IMG/VR virus record: IMGVR_UViG_3300040735_000039
Length of the DNA: 64,000 bases
DNA from: an uncultured virus (IMG/VR IMGVR_UViG_3300040735_000039)
Taxonomy: Duplodnaviria > Heunggongvirae > Uroviricota > Caudoviricetes
Direction: 5' to 3' (one strand)
Positions 54,764 to 63,383 of this stretch are shown piece after piece. The stretch's first letter is position 1, and each line of letters opens with the position of its first letter. The notes below the pieces were generated by a model. The model was not told the DNA's origin. It saw only the letters and a program-made list of their open reading frames with translations, and made no database searches. A program made the position numbers and the translations under genes.

Positions 54764-56533
54764 TTGAAAAATGTAACAAAAATCGAGCCGACCGTACCGC
54801 AAATGCCGGAGCGCAAAAAGGTCGCCGCCTACGCAAGAGTATCAATGGAGTCCGAGCGGCTGCAGCATTCCTTGTCGGCGCAGGTCAGCTATTACAGCGA
54901 GTTTATTCAAAAGCACACCGATTGGCAGTATGTCGGTGTTTATGCGGATAATGGCATCAGCGGTACCGGAACAGCCAAACGCGATGAGTTCCAGCATATG
55001 CTCGACGATTGCGAAGCGGGTAAAATCGATATCATTCTCACAAAGTCCATTTCCCGTTTTGCAAGAAATACGGTTGACCTTTTGAAAACTGTCCGGCACC
55101 TGAAGGAGCTCTGCATTTCCGTCCGCTTTGAGAAGGAAAACATCGACTCGCTTTCGGAGGACGGGGAATTGATGCTCACATTGCTTGGCTCCTTCGCACA
55201 GGAGGAGAGCCGCAGTATTTCGGATAATGTCAAATGGGGTACGGTCAAGCGCTTTCAGCAAGGCATACCGAATGGGCATTTTCCTATCTACGGCTATCGG
55301 TGGCAGGGCGAAACGCTGGTCATTGAGCCAGAGGAAGCGAAAATTGTGCGGTTGATTTACGACAACTTCCTGAAGGGTCTATCGGCCGAGACCACAGAAA
55401 AACAGCTTGAAGCGATGGGCGTAAAATCCTATAAGGGGATGCATTTTGGCAACACGTCAATCCGGCAGATTCTCCGGAACATCACCTATACCGGAAACCT
55501 GCTGTTCCAGAAAGAGTATACCGTTGACCCTATCAGTAAGAAAAGCCGTATCAATCGCGGCGAGTTGCCGCAATACTGGGTCGAGAACACACATGAAGCC
55601 ATCATCGACATGGAGACCTATAACGCAGTCCAAGCGGAAGTGGCGCGGCGGCGGGAGCTTGGCGTGTTTGCAAACTGGACGATTAACACGACCTGCTTCA
55701 CAAGTAAAATCGTCTGTGAAGCCTGCGGCAGGCCATTTCACCGTTCGACGCGTAGTCGGACAAACGGGAAATTCAAAGTGTGGGTATGCGCCAATCGCAA
55801 AGAAGGAAAGCCCCACGACTGTAAGGTCAGCGACCTACCGGAGTACATTCTGGAGCGTGTTGCAGCAGAGGCGCTTGGGCTGGACGAGTTTGACGCAGAT
55901 ACTTTTGCCGAGCAAATTGAAAAGATCGTGGTGCCGTCAGCGAATGTGCTCGTGTTCCATTTTTACGATGGGCGCATTATCTCCAAGGAGTGGGAATCCA
56001 CTGCTAAAAAGGATTGGTGGACACCTGAACGACGGCGGCTTTGGGGCGAACGACACAAGCGCAAAGACACCAATCCGAATAAGAATACCTACTACGAGTT
56101 CACCGGCTTTATTAAGTGCGGTCGGTGCGGCTCAAATTATCGCTGCCAATCCACCACCTTGAAGGACGGGACGAAAACACGCTCATGGTACTGCACAGCG
56201 CCGTCCGGCACCTGCGATAAGATTTCGATCAAGGATGATACCATGAAAACGCTTGTGACTGATGTGCTCGGTTTGGCAGAGTACGATGAAGCCGTGATGG
56301 ACGAGCAAATGGAATACGCTACCATCCTTGATAACACGGTCACCTTCCATTTCCGCGACGGGCATGAAGTATCCAGAGAATTTCATGACAAGCGTCACGG
56401 CACGAAGTGGACCGAGGAGCGCAGAGTCAAACAATCTCAAGCCATACGGGATAGCTGGACGGAGGAACGCCGAGCTGCCGTAGGAGAAAGGATGAAGCAG
56501 ATAAGGAGCGAAAAGAAATGGCCAAAACGGTAA
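54764..56533 (+). CDS. Large serine recombinase 1 (duplicated Zn-ribbon region)
   Basis: AAYARVS, KSISRFARN, recombinase domain, CEACG...C and CGRCG...C modules. Confidence 0.93.
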   Translation: MKNVTKIEPTVPQMPERKKVAAYARVSMESERLQHSLSAQVSYYSEFIQKHTDWQYVGVYADNGISGTGTAKRDEFQHMLDDCEAGKIDIILTKSISRFARNTVDLLKTVRHLKELCISVRFEKENIDSLSEDGELMLTLLGSFAQEESRSISDNVKWGTVKRFQQGIPNGHFPIYGYRWQGETLVIEPEEAKIVRLIYDNFLKGLSAETTEKQLEAMGVKSYKGMHFGNTSIRQILRNITYTGNLLFQKEYTVDPISKKSRINRGELPQYWVENTHEAIIDMETYNAVQAEVARRRELGVFANWTINTTCFTSKIVCEACGRPFHRSTRSRTNGKFKVWVCANRKEGKPHDCKVSDLPEYILERVAAEALGLDEFDADTFAEQIEKIVVPSANVLVFHFYDGRIISKEWESTAKKDWWTPERRRLWGERHKRKDTNPNKNTYYEFTGFIKCGRCGSNYRCQSTTLKDGTKTRSWYCTAPSGTCDKISIKDDTMKTLVTDVLGLAEYDEAVMDEQMEYATILDNTVTFHFRDGHEVSREFHDKRHGTKWTEERRVKQSQAIRDSWTEERRAAVGERMKQIRSEKKWPKR

Positions 56534-58092
56534 CCACAATTCCAGCGACACTGACACGCTTCACCGCAGCGCCGCTGAACGAAGTCAAAAAACGCCGCAC
56601 AGCCGGTTATGCCCGCGTTTCCACCGACAGCGAGGAGCAGCAGACCAGCTATGAGGCGCAGGTTGATTATTACACCAACTACATCAAAAGTCGTGAGGAC
56701 TGGGAGTTCGTGGAGGTCTATACCGATGAAGGTATCAGTGCCACGAACACGAAACACCGCGAAGGCTTCAAACGTATGATAGCCGATGCCCTCGCCGGAA
56801 AAATTGACCTTATTGTTACAAAATCGGTCAGCCGTTTCGCCCGCAACACCGTAGACAGCCTGACAACCGTTCGCAAGCTCAAAGAAAAAGGTATCGAGAT
56901 ATTTTTCGAGAAGGAGAACATCTGGACGCTCGACAGCAAGGGCGAACTGCTCATTACGATAATGTCCTCACTGGCGCAGGAGGAATCCCGCTCCATTTCT
57001 GAAAACTGTACATGGGGACAAAGAAAACGATTCGCGGACGGAAAGGTCACTGTGCCGTTCAATCGGTTTCTCGGCTACGACCGAGGCGAGGATGGCAATC
57101 TGGTCGTTAATCCGAAACAAGCAGCCACAGTCAGACGCATTTACAGTATGTTCCTACAGGGCATGACACCCTTCGGCATTGCTTCCAAGCTGACCGCTGA
57201 CGGTGTACTCTCGCCGGGCGGCAAAGAGCGCTGGAACGCCGGTGCAGTGCGGAGCATCCTCACGAATGAGAAATATCGCGGCGATGCGCTGCTACAAAAG
57301 AGCTATACCGTGGATTTTCTCACAAAAAAGAAAAAGCCCAACGAGGGCGAGATACCACAATATTATGTTGAGAATAATCATCAAGCGATTATCCAGCCTG
57401 ATGTTTTCGATATGGTGCAACGCGAGTTGGCGCGACGCGGGCAGAACCGCAGCCATCACAGCGGCGTTCACCTTTTCTCCGGCAAGATAAAATGCGGACA
57501 GTGTGGAAACTGGTACGGTTCAAAGGTCTGGCACTCCACCGACAAATACCGCTGCACGATATGGCAGTGCAATCATAAGTTCGGCGGCGACGAAAAATGC
57601 GGTACTCCGCATCTTACGGAGGAGGATATTCAGCGTTACTACCTATCGGCGGTCAACAAGCTGCTCACGGACAGGGACGACATCATCAGCACATTCGAGC
57701 TTGCCAAGAGCGCAGCCTTCGACACAACGGCGCTGGCTACAGAGCGGGATGAGCTGCAAAGTGAACTGTTGGTGGTCTCCGAGCTCCTGCAGCAGTGCAT
57801 TCAGGAAAACGCCCACGTCGCGCTCGACCAAACTGAATACCAGAAACGCTACGACGGGCTGACCGAGCGGTTCAACAAAGCCAAAGCTCGACTGGACACG
57901 GTCACGGCGACCATAAGCGACAAGCAGGCTCGTCAAGCGACAATAGAAGCCTTCCTCGACGAGCTCAGGAGGTTGGACATCGTCTCCGAGTTTCAGCCCG
58001 CGCTCTGGTACAGCCTCATGGATTTCATGACGGTTTACAGCAAGGACGATGTACGCGTCACCTTCAAGGACGGAACGGAGATACGGGCATAA
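56518..58092 (+). CDS. Large serine recombinase 2
   Basis: AGYARVST, KSVSRFARN, CGQCG Zn ribbon, coiled coil. Confidence 0.95.
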   Translation: MAKTVTTIPATLTRFTAAPLNEVKKRRTAGYARVSTDSEEQQTSYEAQVDYYTNYIKSREDWEFVEVYTDEGISATNTKHREGFKRMIADALAGKIDLIVTKSVSRFARNTVDSLTTVRKLKEKGIEIFFEKENIWTLDSKGELLITIMSSLAQEESRSISENCTWGQRKRFADGKVTVPFNRFLGYDRGEDGNLVVNPKQAATVRRIYSMFLQGMTPFGIASKLTADGVLSPGGKERWNAGAVRSILTNEKYRGDALLQKSYTVDFLTKKKKPNEGEIPQYYVENNHQAIIQPDVFDMVQRELARRGQNRSHHSGVHLFSGKIKCGQCGNWYGSKVWHSTDKYRCTIWQCNHKFGGDEKCGTPHLTEEDIQRYYLSAVNKLLTDRDDIISTFELAKSAAFDTTALATERDELQSELLVVSELLQQCIQENAHVALDQTEYQKRYDGLTERFNKAKARLDTVTATISDKQARQATIEAFLDELRRLDIVSEFQPALWYSLMDFMTVYSKDDVRVTFKDGTEIRA

Positions 58093-58096
58093 TCTT

Positions 58097-58143
58097 AAAA
58101 AACAACGCCTCTCAACCATTGTGGCTGGGAGGCGCTTCTTCGT
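58097..58143. terminator. Hairpin between convergent genes
   Basis: CGCCTCTCAACCA-TTG-TGGCTGGGAGGCG with flanking A/T tracts. Confidence 0.6.
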
Positions 58144-58146
58144 GTA

Positions 58147-59319
58147 TCAAATCCATAGCCTGCTACGTTCGTTACCCACAAACTCAAGCGCAACCGTTGT
58201 TCTTGATTTATGTAAAAGGATTTTTGAGCCCTTTTCTTTTATATCAGCATCACCTTTGTAATAGTACCACAGCAGATGATCAAAATCTTTTCTCGTTATG
58301 GCGTACCCTATGCGACATTCTACTTCACGCCTTATACGGTCAATCAGATTTCGATAGCCGAGATAATCACCGCGATTTCGCTGGCCAAACTCCTTTTCAA
58401 TTTTGCTCTGCTTCCTTGCCATGTGATTTTCACCGATGTACACCCATGCGTAATACGGAAGAATCTCACGCAGGATTTTATCATAAATACTATATCCGTC
58501 GGTTTCTAAAAGATAGCGTGACAAATATGTACAGTATTTTGATGCAAAGCTGAATGTATATCGACCATGTATTGCACCAGCAATCTGATTGACCAAACCG
58601 GCATCTTCGTTTTTAAGGCGCTCGTAAAAATCTGGCAGGTCACAAATAAATTGCGCCGTGATTTCTCTCCCGCGATTATCTCCCTGTTTCACACCTGATG
58701 AGGCTTGGTGTGTGGAGTTCTGAATATCGATTCTTTCAACGATACCGAGAATTACTTCATAATCTCGCGTGTACGGATGGTTTCTTATATAGTTGTAGGT
58801 TGACTCTTTGTTTTCTGGGTCCATATCCGAACGGTAATTCGAGTCGTTTTCAATGATGAAATTAATGCGATCTACATTCCCAGAGGTCAGCGCAAGCAGC
58901 CCATTCTTGTCAACATCAAACTTGTACGGACTTTCCTGTAAGATAAAAGGGTCTTGTGAGTTAACCACTGCCGAAACAGCCGGACTTGAATCCTGTTTGG
59001 ACTCCGAGAATTCGATTCCACTGGTTTTAAGAAAGCGCCTGAAGCGACGCAGATGTGCCATATATCCACTGAGATTTGCTTCGGCATTTCCACTGGACTG
59101 CTGCACCAACAGTTCAAGAAGCGTAGATTTTCCGAGAACTTCGAAGTTATCAGAGAGAACTATCTGCCAGAAAGCCTCCTGCCCTTTTTTTCTCCAAATG
59201 TAAAAGGCATCAGTAGATGATGTCATGACCGTATTCTGTGATAGATTTTGTGTGTTGAGGTATTTCTTATATGCTGCTCGAATCTCGTCGAGCGGACGGT
59301 TTTTTATGTCATCAACCAC
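58147..59319 (-). CDS. Prophage accessory protein, possibly HhH-type DNA glycosylase-like
   Basis: 390 aa; FSFASKYC...YSIYDK...RKDFDHLLW pattern; RBS AGGAGG. Confidence 0.6.
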   Translation of the reverse strand: MVDDIKNRPLDEIRAAYKKYLNTQNLSQNTVMTSSTDAFYIWRKKGQEAFWQIVLSDNFEVLGKSTLLELLVQQSSGNAEANLSGYMAHLRRFRRFLKTSGIEFSESKQDSSPAVSAVVNSQDPFILQESPYKFDVDKNGLLALTSGNVDRINFIIENDSNYRSDMDPENKESTYNYIRNHPYTRDYEVILGIVERIDIQNSTHQASSGVKQGDNRGREITAQFICDLPDFYERLKNEDAGLVNQIAGAIHGRYTFSFASKYCTYLSRYLLETDGYSIYDKILREILPYYAWVYIGENHMARKQSKIEKEFGQRNRGDYLGYRNLIDRIRREVECRIGYAITRKDFDHLLWYYYKGDADIKEKGSKILLHKSRTTVALEFVGNERSRLWI

Positions 59320-59431
59320 TAATATTGCCTCCTAAATACCAAAATCGCCGGTCAACACCGGCAAATGCACCGCTTACCCTGCAAGACCCCATTTTACCCC
59401 GCAAGAGGCAGGAAGTCACGGAAATAATTAA

Positions 59432-59459
59432 ATTGTATCAATCTCTGCATGAACATATC
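59432..59459. repeat. Right attachment junction: phage arm ATTGTATCAATCTCTGCATGAACATA + core TC (59458-59459)
   Basis: Inverted partner of 9265-9290; hsdM homology stops at the core. Confidence 0.92.
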
Positions 59460-60050
59460 GTATACGCGTCCTTTAAACGGCTGTAAAACTTCAACGAGTG
59501 TTCTTACGACACAAGATGGTGTAAAGAATTCGCCTGCTCGCTTACCTTCCTGTTCTGCAAATTTTGAAAGGCAATATTCATATGCACGGCCAAGAAGATC
59601 TTTATCGCTCCCATGGTCAACCATTTGAATATTGGTAAACAGATCCACTACATTACCAAGACGGCGTTTATCTAATTCACTACGGGAGTAGTTTTTTGGG
59701 AGTATATCCTTCAGCCGCTTATTTTCCTTTTCAATTGCCCTCATCGCATCGTCGATTACTGAACCGATCTCCTCCTTATGAGCTGCTTCGGAAATAACAC
59801 TCCAGCGAGCAGAAAGTGGCACGAAAAAAACATTGACTTCCGAGTAGGCGTCCTTATCCTCAACGTCGTCATCATCAGCTTCAAGTTCCTGGTAACGTTC
59901 TTCGAACTTGTCTGAAATATATTTTAGAAAAATTAGCCCAAGCACGACATGCTTGTATTCGGCCGCATCCATGTTGCCACGCAGAATATCTGCAGCTGCC
60001 CAGATTTGTTGTTCAAAGCCAATAGTGGCTGTGTTATTTCCATTTGCCAT
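59458..60050 (-). pseudogene. hsdM: 5' fragment of hsdM (197 codons + GA), running on into a 20-aa phage-encoded tail to 59394
   Basis: IWAAADILRGNMDAAEYKHVVLGLIFLKYISD, GEFFTP, FKGRVYD, then non-HsdM MFMQRLIQ... Confidence 0.95.
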
Positions 60051-60269
60051 TTATTTAGCCTCCTTGTCGCTAGGTAATAGTTCCATAATGTCAGTGATGT
60101 CACAACCAAGAGCTCGACATATTTTAATCAAAACCTCCGTGTTGACATTCTCATTTCGCCCAAGTTTCGCAATTGTAGAAGGGCTAATGCCTGCCATCTC
60201 TCTAAGGTCTTTTTTCTTCAAGTCTCGGTCGATTAGGAGCTTCCATAGTTTTTTATAGCTAATAATCAT
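60051..60269 (-). CDS. Cro/C1-type HTH regulator heading the hsd operon
   Basis: MIISYKKLWKLLIDRDLKKKDLREMAGISPSTIAKL; stop abuts the hsdM ATG. Confidence 0.9.
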   Translation of the reverse strand: MIISYKKLWKLLIDRDLKKKDLREMAGISPSTIAKLGRNENVNTEVLIKICRALGCDITDIMELLPSDKEAK

Positions 60270-60318
60270 TGCCCTTCACCTCTATTAGAATTGATATCAC
60301 AAATTCATACATATGTTA

Positions 60319-60347
60319 ATTATAACCAACCCTATTTGACAAAGCAA
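60319..60347 (-). promoter_or_regulatory. Putative hsd operon promoter
   Basis: TTGCTT-17 bp-TATAAT on the minus strand. Confidence 0.65.
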
Positions 60348-60399
60348 TAATAAGTTTGCGAAATCGTAATAATAGTACGGTAAGAAGTATTTTTATTAT

Positions 60400-60431
60400 A
60401 AAAAAGCCGATCAGAGGTTAGTCTGTCGGCT
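60400..60431 (-). terminator. Intrinsic terminator
   Basis: Minus strand AGCCGACAGA-ctaacc-TCTGATCGGCT-TTTTT. Confidence 0.65.
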
Positions 60432-60447
60432 CGATTAATTATGATGA

Positions 60448-62410
60448 ACTAAATTGAAAGGCAAGATGCCATTTTGTAAACTGAAATGCATACTTTGTAA
60501 CTGACAACTGAATATTTGTAAACGAAACGCAGTCTTTGTATCCGGAATGCAGCTTCTGAACACAAAATGCCGGATTTGTAACCGACCTGCAGTTTGATTT
60601 ATTCATTCTTCTAGCTTATTATGATAAAAAAGGGTATGCCAAATGGAGATCAACTCCCTCTCGATTTTTTTGTAATCGGAGAATCCACCCCTTATTTTTA
60701 CCGATAAGCATGGATTGTTGGCGGCTTAAGTTTATCGTTTTATTTTTTGAGAAGAGCAGGTTTTAGCAGGATGTCACCGGCGGCGACTGGTGAGCATCCA
60801 AGTTTCTGTAAAACATCTTCTCCGTGGTAAAAGCTGAACGTTTCGTAAGGGCTACGGTTGTTCAGCTTTTTTCTTTTGTAGGAATTGATGTGGTTCATCA
60901 TTAAAGCAATATCTTCCTGCGTTAAGTTATTAAAGCTTGTTCCCTTGGGAAGCACCCTGCGTATCAGAGCGTGATTAACTTCAATTGCCCCTTTCTGATG
61001 AGGGCACCCGGCATCGCAATAATAAATCCGTGTGCGCAGGCTGCTATTGTTTTTCAAAGATCCATACTCAATAGCCTTGGGATTGGAAAACTCACTTCCG
61101 TTATCCGTCAGGATGACAGGGAATAACCTTTGAAACAGCGACCGTCCCAACTTTTGGTCAAGGCCATTGAAAACATCAATAACCGATTGGGAAGTATTTG
61201 CATCCCGCAAGAAGGCAAGCATCATGCCGGTATCCACAAAATGGATCGTTAAAAGACATTTGCTTCCTTTCGTGCCGATGACCGAGTCCATCTGCAGGGT
61301 GGCCGTATCTGGATTCTTTACCAGGAAAGACTGGAAATCTTCATAGTTTCGCCCGATCCGGCAGCCTTTGTCCACTTTGAATTCCGGTCTTTTATAGCGT
61401 TCACGAAATTTTACTTTCCTGGGCAAATCGATGTTGCGTACATCGAGAAGACAAGCATCAATGTAGTTATAGATGGTTTTCTCACTGCACATCAGCTTAT
61501 CCTGATGGGTCACATAAATCTGATGAATGGATTGTCCTTGCCGAACCAAGGGGCTAATGATGGTATTGAGTCGGGCAATCTCTTCCTCACAAACGCACAG
61601 TCCCCTCCTTGATTCCGATATGGTTTTGTGGGATTTGACATGGGCATGCTCCGCATCATAGATACTTTTAAGCAAAGAACATTTGCCAATCTGTTCGCAG
61701 CCATTACAGACATAAGGTATACGGGATCTTGCCGTGCAGATTTCCTCGATAAAGTCTTCGCAGTGCTCATTGCACTTTGGGCATAGCTTGCAATAGATTG
61801 TTGTCGCCCTTGTGCATTCCTTGCCGCAGATTCTTTTCTTACGGCAATTGAAACGACTCTTGCATGCGTTATAAGGAAATCCCGGATGACCGGTAGCGAC
61901 TTCAGAGAGATATTTGCGAATTTCTCTGGAAATGGTTGTCGGGTTCTTGCCCAGCCTACGTCCGATTTCTTTAAAGGAAAGGCTTTCTTTTAGGTACTTC
62001 TGCAGATTCAGCCTTTCTTCATATGTAAAAAAATTAGACATTGTTGTTCTCCGTTCCGCCGCCAACGCATTTAAGGATATATCTAATTGAAAGAGCGTGT
62101 AAATGATTAATCCGGGTCACTTTGAGCCAGCGTTCGGTGAGTGAGAGGTTATGGATAGTGCCGTTCTGTGGATAACCCTTCAGGTTACCCACAGAACTTG
62201 GATAAGCTATTATGGGTATGTCTTAAAAGAGCTTATCCACACTCTCCACAATCCCGACGGCAAATGTTCCTGCTGATAATAAATGCCAAAAGATTGGTTC
62301 ATCACCAATCTTTTGGAAGCCAGGATGCAACCACCTGGTATCTATAAATTTAGTTACTTTATGAAGATTCGGTTGAATCGAAAGGGTTGCATTTCGATTT
62401 GCAATTAAGG
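60448..62410 (-). mobile_element. IS30-family insertion sequence with 13-bp flanking direct repeats
   Basis: TTAATTATGATGA at 60435-60447 and 62411-62423; imperfect terminal IRs ACTAAATTGAAAGGCAAGATGC / CCTTAATTGCAAATCGAAATGC. Confidence 0.85.
60740..62041 (-). CDS. IS30-family transposase with a Cys-rich insert
   Basis: HTH LGKNPTTISREI, QMDSVIG, LTDNGSEF, QKGAIE.NH.LIRR.LPKG, RKKLNNRSP. Confidence 0.93.
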   Translation of the reverse strand: MSNFFTYEERLNLQKYLKESLSFKEIGRRLGKNPTTISREIRKYLSEVATGHPGFPYNACKSRFNCRKKRICGKECTRATTIYCKLCPKCNEHCEDFIEEICTARSRIPYVCNGCEQIGKCSLLKSIYDAEHAHVKSHKTISESRRGLCVCEEEIARLNTIISPLVRQGQSIHQIYVTHQDKLMCSEKTIYNYIDACLLDVRNIDLPRKVKFRERYKRPEFKVDKGCRIGRNYEDFQSFLVKNPDTATLQMDSVIGTKGSKCLLTIHFVDTGMMLAFLRDANTSQSVIDVFNGLDQKLGRSLFQRLFPVILTDNGSEFSNPKAIEYGSLKNNSSLRTRIYYCDAGCPHQKGAIEVNHALIRRVLPKGTSFNNLTQEDIALMMNHINSYKRKKLNNRSPYETFSFYHGEDVLQKLGCSPVAAGDILLKPALLKK

Positions 62411-62429
62411 TTAATTATGATGATATTAC

Positions 62430-62699
62430 TCATTTGCGTTCAACAAACCATCGTCCCAGGTTTGTTCCGCTGATACTTGGACTTCGCTCAAAGAAAAGAT
62501 AGCTCTGATGACCATTGATTTGTACCGTATAACGGTCCCCTTGGCCGCCAGCCTTCAGCGCAGCTGCAGGTCTGACATCCAGGATCTTTTCGATGGAATA
62601 TTCACGTCCATCTTCCCAGCGGAGGCGTCTTGGGAAAAGATTACCCTCTTCAGAGAAGGAGGCAATGACGGCTACATAGACTTTTGCCTGTGATGTCAC
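62430..62699 (-). CDS. Conserved hypothetical protein
   Basis: KVYVAV...WEDGREY.I...AALKAGGQGDRYT...YLFFE...WFVE. Confidence 0.8.
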   Translation of the reverse strand: MTSQAKVYVAVIASFSEEGNLFPRRLRWEDGREYSIEKILDVRPAAALKAGGQGDRYTVQINGHQSYLFFERSPSISGTNLGRWFVERK

Positions 62700-63241
62700 G
62701 TGTCCTCACCTCGGTCTGACAGGTGTTTAAGGAAATTGCTGTTGGACTGGATCGGCGACTCAATTAGCCAACCCTTACGCTTGAGTATCCGAAATTTGAA
62801 GTCAAGCAGTTCAGGAGGTACTTCCAGTTCCTTGGCGACCGAGAAGAAGAAGGTGTCCTCTCTGAGTAGTTCTGTGACCTCATCATCTTCCAGCAGGTAT
62901 TCAGCAGCAAACAGATTGGCTTCATACTCCATCTGGGAGGATGTATCATACAATGCAAAATCATGGAATGCCTTCATCTTTGCTGCTTCATGATGCAGGA
63001 CAGCGTGACCGATTTCATGAGCCAGGATGATCCGTTGGATTGGCTCTGGTAGGTCGCTGTTGATGGTGATGTGCTTTTTTCTTGATTGCCGCAGAAAGAA
63101 CCCTTTACACGATTTCTCTGTATTACCAAGCGGCATTACTTGAACGATGATCCCCATGGCTTCAGCCAGCTTCCAAGGATCTGGCTCATCATATTTTCGC
63201 ATTATGCGGTATACTTCCCTGCAAATTATCTCTATCGACAT
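62696..63241 (-). CDS. ImmA/IrrE-family metallopeptidase
   Basis: ILAHEIGHAVLH, EYEANLFAAEYL. Confidence 0.92.
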   Translation of the reverse strand: MSIEIICREVYRIMRKYDEPDPWKLAEAMGIIVQVMPLGNTEKSCKGFFLRQSRKKHITINSDLPEPIQRIILAHEIGHAVLHHEAAKMKAFHDFALYDTSSQMEYEANLFAAEYLLEDDEVTELLREDTFFFSVAKELEVPPELLDFKFRILKRKGWLIESPIQSNSNFLKHLSDRGEDT

Positions 63242-63383
63242 GTAATCACCTTCAAATGATATAAAATCAAATACTCATCCCGCTAACAATCCCTCACTAT
63301 CATTAAATCAAAGTGTCAGTACAAAAATACGGACAGTGAACGATGAAATGGCCGCCTGGTTGGAAATAAAGAACGAGGAAATC

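Larger units (their letters stand above)
9263..59459. mobile_element. Prophage (~50.2 kb, siphovirus-like, serine-recombinase type) integrated in hsdM
   Basis: Replication, packaging, head, tail, lysis and recombinase modules all present; boundaries defined by the split hsdM, a shared 2-bp core and inverted-repeat arms. Confidence 0.95.

Noticed and set aside
60452..60595. Possible CRISPR array
   Set aside because: Units are degenerate, abutting and ~20 bp with no unique spacers; no cas operon in the window
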